A DNA stretch of 64,000 nt from Blepharisma stoltei ATCC 30299 (Eukaryota > Protista > Ciliophora). The stretch covers positions 62,001-126,000 of the forward strand of contig CBFDEM010000028.1 of NCBI GenBank assembly GCA_965603825.1. Direction: 5' to 3'. The position numbers were made by a program, and so were the translations under genes. The notes under the pieces were generated by a model. The model was given only the letters and a program-made list of their open reading frames with translations, was not told the DNA's origin and made no database searches. Below, one piece after another: positions 34,657 through 47,400 of this stretch (positions are counted from its first letter, which is position 1; every line of letters begins with the position of its first letter).

Positions 34657-35082
34657 ATGACAGAAGAAGGACAAGGAGACTTAAGAGAGCAGGATAGATT
34701 TTTGCCGATCGCCAATATTTCGAGGATAATGAAAAAAGCCTTGCCACCTTCAGCGAAAATTAGTAAAGATGCCAAGGAATGCGTACAAGAATGTGTATCT
34801 GAGTTCATCAGCTTTATTACCAGCGAAGCTTGCGAGAAATGCTTAAGCGAAAGAAGAAAAACAATCAGCGGAGATGATCTGATGTATGCTATGAATACTC
34901 TGGGGTTTGAGAAATATATTGAGCCTTTAAGAGTTTACTTGCAGAGATACAGAGATCTGTCCAAAGGGGAAAAAGGAGAAGAAGGAGGGATCCCTCCAAT
35001 GCTATTTCCTAATACAATTAAGGGAGAAGAGCATGGGGAGGAAGAAGAAGAGGAAGAGGAAGAAGAAGAAAAATCAGATTAA
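34657..35082 (+). CDS. NFYB: NF-Y subunit B (histone fold)
   Basis: [44 protein letters not shown]. Confidence 0.97.
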   Translation: MTEEGQGDLREQDRFLPIANISRIMKKALPPSAKISKDAKECVQECVSEFISFITSEACEKCLSERRKTISGDDLMYAMNTLGFEKYIEPLRVYLQRYRDLSKGEKGEEGGIPPMLFPNTIKGEEHGEEEEEEEEEEEKSD

Positions 35083-35244
35083 ATAGCACTTAATTTATAG
35101 TTATATATTTAGTAAGTAAAGCTAAAAGCAATTAATAAATAGGCAAAATAAACACTAATTTAAAAGTAAGAAATTTTATAATTCTAAAAAATTTATAAAG
35201 ATTTTTGATTTAGCATTCAGAGAACTTGAAATAATATTTTATCA

Positions 35245-37587
35245 TTAATTTGAAAAATGGGCCATACTTATCCAATGATAAAAGCAAACTGATAGCCGAA
35301 ATTCAATATCTTTATTGATATTTTTAATCAACAGTTGTGCACTCTTCACAAGCCTTTGCTTATATTTTACATAGTTAATAATACTTTGAAAAGAGTCAGT
35401 CAAAGTTCTAATATAAACAAGCTTCATAGTTCTCTGTAATAATAGTAAAGAATGTGCTTTGGATTTTTCATAGTTGTTCAAACGAGAAATGCTATTAAAA
35501 AATAACTGCTGATTTGTTGTTATCTTTTTACCTATCAGATCGAAAAAGGTTTTAAGTGAAGCTTTCGTCCTAAACAAATAAAAGCTCGAAGAACTGTCTC
35601 TAAGTTCAGATTTATAGTGGCAATGAATTGTTTCTAGTCTCCATGCATTAATTGCCGAAATTTTATTTTTTCGTACTCATTGTCCAATAACATTAGCAAG
35701 CTTCGAAAAAGAGGCTTTACTATCATAAAATTTGGATAATTCATCATAAGCATCTTGCAGTTTTTTTGGTTTTGAAGACATCTTGAACATATTTCTATAC
35801 AATTTTAAAAATGCCCTGATTTTAATTCCTCTTTTTATAATTATTTCTAGCTTCCCAAATGCTGATTTGTATTTTTTTGAAGATTTCATAGATATTGTAC
35901 CATGCTCCAAAGAAAGTGTGCTGACTGTGTCAACTCTTTGGTGGTTTCGACCTTTAGATGAAAAATCAGAAGGGTAAAACAAATTTGGGGAACTTTTATA
36001 GTCTGCTTTTGAAATTGAAGAAAAATCTTGAAAATTGCGGCTTATAGGCGGCTTAGACCTACTAAGCAATTTTGTAGGCGACAATTCAGCAAAACTCCCT
36101 GTGTTTTTTCTTTCCCTATTAGGCGATGAAGAGCTATGAAACGAATTTTCAGACCCACTCAGCCCTCCATAATGCACATTATTTTCTTTTTCTGGCTTAA
36201 TAAGAACACTGCAGCTTGGTTCTCTACATATATCATAATCATCAGGAATATCCGACTCTGACTGTTTTGTAAAAATATGTCCCGAATTATTCCTTTGGTA
36301 TCTCTGTGCTGACTGTGTCAATTCAAAATATTTTTGAGGTGCCAATTTATGGTATAAATTGCCTGATTCTTCTTCAGGGCTGTTATATTCAGCATTTTTA
36401 TCGTGGGATGATTTTTTCCTCACATGGTTTATAGCTGGCTTACGAGTTCTTTTAGTTCTGACCCATTCTTCAGAGTCTTCAGATGACGCCGATGCTGGAT
36501 AATCAATAGAATCATTTGAGGTAACTGTATTAGAATATACGAAACGGGCTGTTTTGCCTTGATTATTGCGGCTTCCATGACGGTATGACTGTGTTAAAGG
36601 AGCTTTTATTTCATTCTGAGTACGAGTTCTTATGCTGGACCGTGATAGGATTTTTTTAATATTTAGACTTGGGACGTTGGATTTTGTCCGTGAAGGTTTT
36701 TTCTTATGTTTTTTAGCGTAAAGGGAATATTTTAGGAGAGCTTCAAATGAAAATTTGTGATTTTTAAGGTTTATTGAGCAGATTATGCTTCAGAGCTCCT
36801 CAGCTACAAGCTGCTTACAAAAAATTCTTTTTAAATCTTTAAATATACCCAGCTTCATTTTTTCTACAGCGAAGTCTAGTTTTTCATAAAGATTGAAACA
36901 TGCATCTAAAGAAATGTCCATTGAGACTTTTGGAATAGGAGATAAATCAGCAGACATATCAGTGTTTTTTCTATTTGGTGACGTATATCAAGCATAGTCT
37001 TCTTTATTATATGTTTGCAATCGCTTTGCAGATTCCCTCTGATATAAATGAGGCGTTTCCATGTTTTTGACCTCTTTTTCTTCAATATCAAAAATCAATG
37101 GAGACGGCGATTTTTTTATTTTCTGTTTTGCTTCATGGGATTGGTTCGTTTGGCAGCTTACCGAGTTATCTTGAAAACTAATGCTTTCAAAAGTCTCATT
37201 TTTTGTGTGTTTTGTACGTCTTGAAGAATCTGTTATGTTTCCTTTGAAATCGCTAATGAATTTTCAAACTTTTAAATGACGTGACAGGAATTTTTTAATA
37301 ATTCCGACTAGGATTTCGGTGGCATCAATTTTATAAGCTTTTAGCTTGCTATGATGAGCGGTAGAGCCGTAATTGCGTAATAGCTCTTCTCTGGATTTAG
37401 GTATGGAGAAGCAATCTAAATCAAGGTTTTTAGATATTCTGCTAGGAATGTTCTCTGTCTTGAAGTTATTAATAGGAGAGGTACTGCGTGATCTACTTTT
37501 GTTACGGTTAAGTGTTCTCTGCCGTCTTTGTCTTTCTATATCTTTTTTGAGCCTATTTAAAGAACTGAAAATTTCATTAAATTCCAT
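35245..37587 (-). CDS. Large basic Ser-rich hypothetical protein, 780 aa
   Basis: One frame from ATG 37587 to TAA 35245 with four in-frame TGA, joining three track ORFs and the unannotated gaps between them. Confidence 0.8.
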
Positions 37588-37671
37588 TATAATTTTGAAT
37601 AAGATTCTTATGAGGATTTTTATCTACTGTCCTTTCAGCAATAAATTTGCATATAAATTTACAATAAATTA

Positions 37672-38892
37672 TTAATTTTCTAAGATATTCCAGCTTGGTT
37701 TCAGAAAAATCACAAGGACTGTAATATCGTCCATATACTGCTGCTTTTCTTGCCATTTCCTAGTCGCTTCTTTAATTAAAACTTCAGAAGCTGAATGTAT
37801 ATGTCCAGATTTCCAGGAAAACCTGCATATATCTACAGCTTGTTCGCTGGAAATTACGTCTCAGAGCCCATCAGATGCAATGATAACGAATTTATCGTCA
37901 TTTGTGAGATGTATTTTAATGATTTCTGGGTCAGGTATTACTCCAATGTCACTAGCTTTTTTATCCCCTATAGACCTTGACATTGCAAGACCAGGGATAT
38001 TTTGTACGCCAATGTAAACTCTAAGAGGTCCTAATGAGATACCAGACGGTGTATGTACATTATCAACCCTACCACCAAGCCTTTCAATTCTTCTCCGTTC
38101 GCCATAGTCGTTAAGTTTATGGTCTTTTGATAAAGGAACTGATACAAATTTTTCATTTTGTTTTCTGCCTAAGACTGCTCGGCTGTCTCCTACGTTTGCA
38201 CAGTATAGCTCATCTTTGTTAATTAAAATGCAGTTCAGTGTACTTCCTGAGAAGTCGGAATTTAGTTTTGGTTTATTAATAACAGTTTCGTGGACTCTGA
38301 TTATGCTTTGGGATAATGCGCTTTCTCAATCTATTGGCTCTTTTTCTGTTTTGAATTTTTCTTCAAGTAGCTTTGGTAGTGCAAATTTTATTTCGTCAGA
38401 GACTAAATGGCCATATAGGCCATGTCCATCACATACACCAAAAAAGGCTTTAAACTTTGATTTAGCAAACTCCGAAATCGTAAAATAGGAGTCCTGATTA
38501 TTTGGTTTTGGTTTATTACTAATCATCCCTATCTGTGATTTCACACTAAACGAAACATAAGGACATTGAGGCTGATCATAAGTTTTATTTAACTGTTTCA
38601 GATTTAGCTTTTTTGAAACACTTTTAAAATTAAATACAATATTTTTCTTTCGTCTAATGATAAAAGGAATTTCTTTTTTAATCATTAAGTTTGATGTATA
38701 TATACTGTTTAAGTCCATGCTTGACGGTGTTTTTGATTTTTCTCTTATTTGGTTTTTTCTAATGATAGGGATGTTGCTAATTTTTGGAGTCTCAATAGGA
38801 ACTAGCTCATGTGTCATATAAGATTTACTTTTATTGTGCCTTGTTTCCTTTGCTATCGGGCTTGGAGCAATACGGATAAAACTTCTATTCAT
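37672..38892 (-). CDS. Protein phosphatase 2C, 406 aa
   Basis: NQDS, FGVCDGHG, SGST, ANVGDSRAV, DHK, GLAMSRSIGD, ASDGL(W)D, DDITV; TGA at 38326 and 37861. Confidence 0.95.
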
Positions 38893-38930
38893 ATTTGGAC
38901 ACACAATTTTATATAATAGGTATAATTATG

Positions 38931-40079
38931 CTAAATACTTACTTGTTTAAATATTAATGCCACAGGCCAAAATAGCCTTAATGCCAGACTATTTAATTTC
39001 AGAATCAAAGCCATCAGATTTGGTATTCTTATTTTCCAAGCGATTCCTAAATAAACCAAAACCCCTAAAACAACCAAAATTTTGCATATCCCACTCATTT
39101 TTTTCATTCCAGGAGGGCCTATTTTTATCCTCGCCACATTTCCCAGCTTTTTTGCTCCTCTATATCTTGCTTCTACCCAGTCGCTAATTTTGTTTAAAAA
39201 TTCATCTCTGTCTAAATCATGGTGAGGTTCATGATATTCTCCTTCAAGAACCACCATAGTTTTATCCTCACTTCCACAGTTTTCATATACTTTTTGAGTG
39301 GCACTACAACATGTTAATGCATCTTTATTTCCATGGAAAAATGCCACTGGGTGGATCATTTTTTTTGAGCTTGAAATAATAGGCCTTAAATGTTTTAGCA
39401 TGCTAAGTGCCATGCAAGAACCTAAAAATGGGATCATTTTATGGTCCTCAAAAATATTTCTAACACATATATCGTCTCTAGTTACACTAGTCGGACAAAT
39501 AAAAGAATTAAAAACTCCTTGGTTTATCAGAGGAGACGCCAAATTCATAAAAAATTCTTTTAATTTCCCAATATCAGCATTCGGTGACTTATAAAAAGGA
39601 GAAGTAAGAATACCCCCTGCAATGGTAAGTTTGGGGTTATTTATCATGATAGTTGTAGCGAGAAGTCCACCCATGCTGTGTCCTCACAAAAAACAAGGGA
39701 GATTAGGGCTTGCCTGTTGAAGGAGAAGATTAATGTCACTTTGTAGCTCAAATAAGTTGTGCCCAGCCCTTGCGCCTCCTGAATAGCCTAAATGTCGTAA
39801 ATCAATCATATGGACTTCATAGTCAAGTAATGCAAAATGAACAGCAGCATTTATAAGCCTCCCACTGTGCTCAGCAAACCCATGGACTATGCAAAGAGAA
39901 GCTTTTGGGTCTTCGAGGTTCCTTTTTTTTAGAAATCTGTAAAACAGCCGGATATTGCGAGGATTAGGAGGTAAAGCTGGCAGGTATTTCCAGGTCAGGG
40001 AGAGTGAATCTAAATTAGGGAATTTTTTGGATTCGCCGGGGTGGATGAGCTCTAGTAATGCGGTGATGTCTTCTTCCAT
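38931..40079 (-). CDS. Monoacylglycerol lipase/lysophospholipase-like hydrolase with hydrophobic C-terminus
   Basis: IVHGFAEHSGR, FL(W)GHSMGG with TGA at 39684, HGNKD, YHEP. Confidence 0.93.
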
Positions 40080-40586
40080 TTTAGGATTATTTAAGAAGGG
40101 TAATTTTGAGAAAATCAAATATTTGTCGTTCTCCTTGAATATTATATAATACTTGTAAATAAATATGCTAATTTATTTAGTAATGCAAGTGTTTATTTAA
40201 GTGAATTAAGAAATTAAATAATTGTTAAAGCTATTGGCGTTAATTGAATTTAGTTTTCCAGTGCAAGCATAAGCTTGCATTTATAAGTCATGAAAATGAC
40301 TCGAATATTATCTGAAAATTTTACTTTATAAGCAAGTATCATATTTCTAGTAGACTAAATTCTAAAATTCAGTTAAATTTAGTTTTAGCTTCTATACATA
40401 ATGTGCATCAAATAATTTATTTTCAATATAACCATTTATCATAACCAAGCCATTTCATATCCAACTTTCTTTAACAAATAAAATCCAATTTCACCTTCCA
40501 AATTATCCATAACCACTCTTTCCTCTTTTCTATTATTCAAAATTGGTTAGTTTACTAAAAATTATTCAGTTATCAATAAAATAAAA

Positions 40587-42980
40587 ATGGGTACAAACTA
40601 TAAATACTCTATTGGCTTCATCTACAAGCAGTCACCTTTTCTTTACTACGAGAACAAAGACACAGAATCCAAGTTTCAATCCGAAATTTTCAAGTATTCT
40701 TGAACTTCTTTGAAGTTTTTTTTTTCATTTATTGGCAGCTTAATGTCTTTTCTTTATCTCTGTGCTATGAAAGAGTGCTTAATTTGTGTTACTTTATTTT
40801 TTGTTACGAGTGGGCTTTTATGATATGGCAGGAACTATAAAATCATTTTATCAAGACTGGCTGGATTAATTATTGGGCTTGTTATTGAAATCTCGCTTAC
40901 TTCTAAAAATGCGTGCATGCTAGGGTACTTTGTAGACTGAGTCATTCGTAATTTATATCTAGATTATTACACATATAAAACGTGAATAAGCTATATATGG
41001 TTCTATTTATTATTTTTGGCTGCACAAATAATCCATGGAATTGAGCTTAAAATTTTGCAAAGCATAATAGCAGGGCTGGTTTTGACGTTAGTTATGTCAT
41101 TATTAGAAAAGGATAGAAGAGACTTGTGGCTGCTTCTGGACATTTATAGAGCTAAATCGATATTTCAAAGTTTTATTATTGATGATAATAGCAATTCCAT
41201 CATGATTATTGGTGAGGACGGGAAAATTATTATGACAAACGACGCAGCCATCGCTTTTGCTGACAAAAAAGGGGTTTCTTGTGTACTAAAAGCTCATATC
41301 ACAGAATTCTTTAGTACCCCCACCAAAGAAACAATCAATAAATTATTAAAAAATGCACTAGAAGGATCCTATATAGAGGAAGAGCTAATTTTGGATTCTA
41401 CCCCATTTTTGATAAAAGCCAAGCTTGTAAATTTTAACCACAGGCCTGCCGTTCATTTTACACTGTCAGACATAAGTAACCAAATATCAAGGCGGAATTT
41501 TATAACTGATATTAACAATGCCCAAGAGCTTAAAGTTGCTGAGGTAGAAAAAAGGCTGACAGAATGCTTTATTCATAAGAGTACAATAACAGAGAATGAT
41601 TTTGCAGGATTTGCCCAATGCATATCTCACCATCAGATGACCAAAGCAATTTTACAATGCTTGATTGGAGATGTGAATATGAAAAATGACGTGTTTAACG
41701 CTGAAGTGGAGGCAGGGAATATTATACAGTGGTTATGATATGAAGGGAAAAATAAAAAATTAAATATCACGCTGAGCCAGCACCCTGATTTAAGCAGCCC
41801 AATTTTTTGTGACAGGCGGTTTCACAATAATTTATTCAAAGGGGTCATTCATTTTATCATCCTCAAAGCTGACTGGAAATCTGATATAGCAATTTACCTT
41901 GGAAAAATAGTAAAAATTATATAGACTCATGAAAATGAGACTTATATTACTTATAGCTTTACTTTTGATTCACAGACGTTGGATGCTGATGAGTTTAGCT
42001 ATTTGTTTAACAATGACCCAAGCAAAATCAAACAAATAGAAGATTTGCATGAAATTCTGAAAAAATATAATACAATAGAATTGGCAATGTTTGATATAAT
42101 GCTGACTATTCTTGGAGGACAAATTATAAACCAAGGCCCACAGCGCCCTTCAAGATTTAACTTAGTTTACAGCTTAAAGTTACAGTCGTATAATGAACAG
42201 ACCGTTATGGATATTCAGCAAATAAAATTATATGAAAATTCTGCTGATATTGACTCTTCAACTATCACGTGGCGTTGGAGTCAAGAAAAAACAGGAATTA
42301 TTAGAATAAATAGAGACCCTGACCAGGAGCAAGCTGAAAAAGAAGCCAAAGAAGCATCCCAAACCAACCTTCTCACAACTTCTTATTTTCCTGACCATTC
42401 GCCTAATTCACCTAAGCTAGCTTCTACTAACACAGATAACACAGAAGGCAGCGAATACGGTGAAGATGACGTTGACGAGAATGTAACTATTTATGGGCTA
42501 TCACAATACCTACACAAAGAAACTGATATCCCAGGGAAAATCTCCCCGCTGCCTATGAGATCTTCTTCCTTATTCCACATATCAAATTCTTCATTTACTT
42601 CAGATTTTCACGTATCTCATAAAGGCTTCCTATTAATAGGCAATAAATTTGTAGCGAACTCACTAAAGAAAAATATAGAAGCAATACTAGGAAAAGACGT
42701 AGACCTTTGTGGTACACAGGAAGAGTTAGTTAGCAAAGTTATTAGAGAAGCCAGCGAAATGTATTTGTGTATAGTAGTTGTTGATGTCCCAGCTAATATA
42801 GAAGTAATTAAGAAGATAAGGAATAATGAGACTGGGCATAGGAAACCTTATGTAATTGCTATATATTCTAATAATGAAGAAGGGAATATTCCAGGCTATA
42901 AAGAAATAGGGGTTGATGAAGCGATACCAAAAAGTTCTGGGAGAGAAATATTACAGTCAATTATAGCTAAAATCTTATAA
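40587..42980 (+). CDS. Membrane-bound PAS-like/hybrid histidine-kinase-like protein with receiver domain, kinase motifs degenerate; intron 41910-41924
   Basis: Continuous with five TGA=Trp codons. Multi-TM N-terminus, PAS-like SIMIIGEDGKIIMTNDAA...DIS, HATPase-like remnants, and a C-terminal REC-like VVVD...IKKIR...VIAI...GVDEAIPK. Confidence 0.78.
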
Positions 42981-43037
42981 AATTCATATTTTTATTAAAT
43001 CCCTTATAAGAGATTTTAGGATAATTTCATAATAAAT

Positions 43038-44420
43038 ATGATAGGGAGTCAGCTCTACACATTTGGGAGCATTCTAGCTACGATAATAGTGATTTCCAAC
43101 ACATATGCTATTGAAGAACAATTTTATTCGACTGTTATACATATAGTGAGATCCAAAGCAATTTTACTTGTTTTATTCAACTTTGGGATTGTCATTTCAG
43201 TTCAGCTATTTAAAGCAATAATTTTTGCCTTTTTTGCGACACTGAAGCCAGCAGAAGTCCAGCATATGCAGAGCCAAGCTATACATCATGGCTTTCAGCT
43301 TGTTATTTATCTCTATCTGCTGAATATAGAATTCGACTGATTTATAGCAGCCCATATTGTGCTAAATATAGCTGTGGCTTCATTGCATACTCTAGCTATA
43401 AAGCGAGTAGAATACGTAATTTTTATATAGCTTTTTACCGAAAGATATCCTAAAATGGCTTATATTCGGATGGTTTTTCTGCATGTTTCATTGATGTTTC
43501 TTGACTATTTTTTGATTAGTATGGAAATGAAAGCAAAAATCTATGAAAATTTAAGCATTTTCCTTTATTATGAGGTAAATTATATTTAGTATATACTTAT
43601 GCTCCTTGAAATAGTGAAGTCTTTTATATTGTTTTGGCTCAATGCTTATGAATGAATTAAGATCCCTGAAGGCTGGGAAGTTAAAGCTGATATAGTCAGG
43701 ATATTAGAATTTGCTTTCAATATATTTACACTTTGCATTGTTTTGACTGAATTTTTAGTTTTGTCGAAAAAAAGCGCGGCAGGGATTTATTTTATTGAAA
43801 AATCTATTAAATCTGTATTAAACATTTACAACTGCTTAGCAAAATTTTTAGAGTCAAGAAGACTATTAGGTAAGGTGGAGCGTTTTCCAGACGCTTCTCC
43901 TGAGGAAATTCATCATGCCGATGATAAATGTATTTTCTGTCTTGAGCATTTAACACATGCAAAAAAAATCAATTGTGGGCACTTATTCCATTATAAATGC
44001 TTAAGGGATTATTTCCAGACTTCTAGCAACCCTCTATGTCCCACATGTAGAGCAGATATTGATGAAAGACTTGTAGTGCCTCAAAAAAAGACAGAGCATA
44101 TTGCCCAAATCATTGCAAGCTCGCTTATTGTACAAGATTTGCCTGAAGGTTTTCCATTAGGAAATCCATTAAGAATAGGAGCTGTCCCTTGGGGGCTTCC
44201 ACAGCCTGTGAATTCTCATAGAGTATCTAAACATAGCGAGCAGATGAGAAAAGGTGTAGAAGGGCTCAATAGCTTTATGGTGAGGTTTTATAAACATCCT
44301 CCAGATGACTATGAAATAGAAGAACAAAAAGAGGAAGAAAAAGAAGAAGAAATAAAGACATCACAAAGAATCCGAGAAAAAGTGTTAAAGAGATATGAAA
44401 ATAGGATTTATGATGAATAA
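43038..44420 (+). CDS. HRD1: HRD1/gp78-like ERAD RING-H2 ubiquitin ligase; introns 43416-43430 and 43575-43589
   Basis: EQFYS...SK...LFN, FFATLKPAE, KRVEY, multiple TM segments, FPDASPEE, and RING CIFC...CGHLFHYKCL...CPTCR. TGA at 43338 and 43653. Confidence 0.9.
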
Positions 44421-44482
44421 ATATAAAATTTGATGATATTTAGACTTGATAAATTATTTTTGTTAGTTAATTAATGTTATAT

Positions 44483-47400
44483 TTAATCAAAATATTCATC
44501 ATTTTCAAAATCTGAAAAATTGGTCAAAAATAATGGTCTCTCATTTTCTACTGGGGGTCGCTTGCTCTTTTTCAAGAAATATCTTGCCATTATGCAGGCT
44601 AGAATAAGAATAATAAAAATACATGACCCAAGAATTAACCAAATCCACCAAGAATTGTCATTATAGTTGTACTGAAATCCTTCATCATTATCATTGCTCC
44701 CGGGAATTGTTCTCCTTAAGCAAATTGGGGTTGTATTTAGTGCCATATTTTCATTAATTAGCGTAATAAACAGCTCAAAAGTGTCTATTCCCCATATTTT
44801 CATCATTTCCTGATATTCATTAGGTGTCATTCTCGGTATAATTATTTCTGGTTTTTTCAACACATAGCTCCTAAGCCAAGGCGTCAACGCTCCAATTGCA
44901 GTAACCGTATAAGAGTTCAAAAACTCTACACTCCCAGTACTATATGGCAATAACTGAGGAGAAATCGGCATATCATACATTATTGAGTTGGCTTGGCTTA
45001 CCTTTGTGTTATAAATCCTTATATAAAGCTCATTCCTAGACGATCTGATTGACGACGCTATAAAATCCGGCTGATAATAATCCGAGCAGACTATAAGAGA
45101 AGTCAGCCCAATATATTCATTTAGAGTATTATTATAAGGATAAAACCTTGTCATAATCGAAGGGCTGCTCTTGCTGTTTAATAAAAATTGGTGTATTTTC
45201 GTCCCAACAGTCCCTGTAAATAAAAAGTTCCCACACACCCCAACAGACACTATATAGTCACCATCCTTCATTGGCAATCCTCCTACAATAGCACTGATCT
45301 CATTTACATTATCATTTTGTGTCTGTAGAATTCTTATCCCATACCAATGGTCAGCTACATATAAAAACAAATCATTGCTTGAATAAACCCCATCTACAGC
45401 ACTAGCATAAAATGCTGGGAGCCCTAGAGAATGGAAATCAATGATTTCTACCTGGATTAAGTCTAATGTGTGAGAATCCCAATGCCCAGAAATTCTTATC
45501 ACATGGTTATTCCTATAGTTTTCATAGTCAGCTTTATCAGCAGTATCAATAGAAAGCAGCATAAAATCATAGTTATCTGAAGGAATTACCTTAAGCCAGG
45601 CAGGGTAGAATTCTACTAATAAAATTTTGGTTCGATTTACATGACAGTGCACAAAGTCATATTCCCATAGCACCAAGGCAAACTGGGTGAGGGTCAAATT
45701 GACTGTTTTTTCTTCGTTCCATGAAAATTCTTCAGTCATTTGGTACTGACAAGCAGTCACAAATAAGGTAAAATCGCCTTGGGTGCCGACTCCTTCAATA
45801 ACAGAACATACAGGGTTGGTACCATTTATATAGTCAGAGACGTTCAAAATGTGCTCAATTGGGATGTCTGGAGAGTCCATTCCTTCTTGGTTAGGAATAT
45901 CAGTCAAATTAAAAATAAGTAGCCCTTGGATGCTGCTCGTTACAATGACTCTGTTAGTATTCTTTATTACAGTATGGTCTGTAAAGGTTTCGTCATAGTC
46001 TCCTTCATAATGATCAGTCAATATCATTTGTGGCCATTTTATAGCTGGGACATAGTTGGGTCCTTGATAATTAAATGTTGGGTATTTGCCATTGATATTT
46101 AAATAGGATTTTACGTTTTGTCCTTGGTAAAACCCACTGAAGTCTAATATTGTTTCAATATCATAGTCTATGACGAGCTGCTGACTGATATTCCAAAGCT
46201 GTTCATTTATCCATATATTTTCTCCATCAGGGAAAATATTAAGCAAAACAGGCAAAAAAATTGAGGAAACTTCATTTGACGCGACAAGGGTTAGGTTTGC
46301 AATATATTGAGCTTGACTGGCTGATGCTGGACTAGTTATATTTATGCCGCCATATATATAAAGTTCACAAGGCTCGTCGTAAGGCATTGTTGGGCAATTT
46401 GAACCATAAAATGAAAGACTTTGGCTGAAATTGGCAGTGCATAGAGTCCCAATCATACCCCAATACATATCAAATTCACTAGAAACATCAAATTGGCAGG
46501 ACTCATTAATTGGGATATAACTGATTAAGCTGCTATGAGTAGTTTGAAGACCATCTAAAACTGCAACCCTGTCACCTATATGGATGAATAATAAATTTTC
46601 AATATTTTGAGTGCTATAATAAATCCCTGTATATTTCCCACTGATTCTTCTAATAAAAACTAGTGTCGTTGTATAGGCATCTACAGTTCCATCGCTAAAT
46701 ACAATATATATCTGCTCTTGGGTGCCAATAATTCTGACAGCATTAATTACATTGTTTTTATCAATACTATAAGGGAGAATCGGGATTTCTCCATTATAAA
46801 TAAAATTTAAGTCAATGATGTGGACACCATTAAACTTGTCTAATATATAGAGATAGGAGTCAGGAAAGCTTTCAGACGGAGAAGTGACGGTAGCATCTAT
46901 TATGTAGAGATCGGTTTGGAAAAGCTCACTTGATACTTGGACCATTTTGTAGTAAAGGCTGCTAGGAGAATTTGTTTTATATAAATCAAGTAGCTGGCTT
47001 CCTCCACAAATCATATAGTCCTCATAAGCGAAAAAAATGTCACAATTCGTCATAGGACTCCAAGTCTGGATGGTGCTATTGGTGCCATCAGCAATTAAAT
47101 TAATAAATGGAGAGTCTGGCGTTGGCAATGAGTATACAAGCCACCCTTGTGGACATATTACAGTTGATATAGGGTTCATTAAGGACAGCCATAAGGCAGG
47201 CTCAGTTTCTCCATAGTAAAAAGTATATATTCCGCTATCTGTATATAAAAAAATTTCAACTTCAATTAATTGAACTGAAGTAAGGGCCATATTCATCGGT
47301 ACGCTTTGCAAGTAATTGATTTTTTCATATGTGGAATAATTAAATGAAAAATCTGATGGGATGCTATTTATTTGTAATGAAAAGTTTAGATTTGGCCCTG

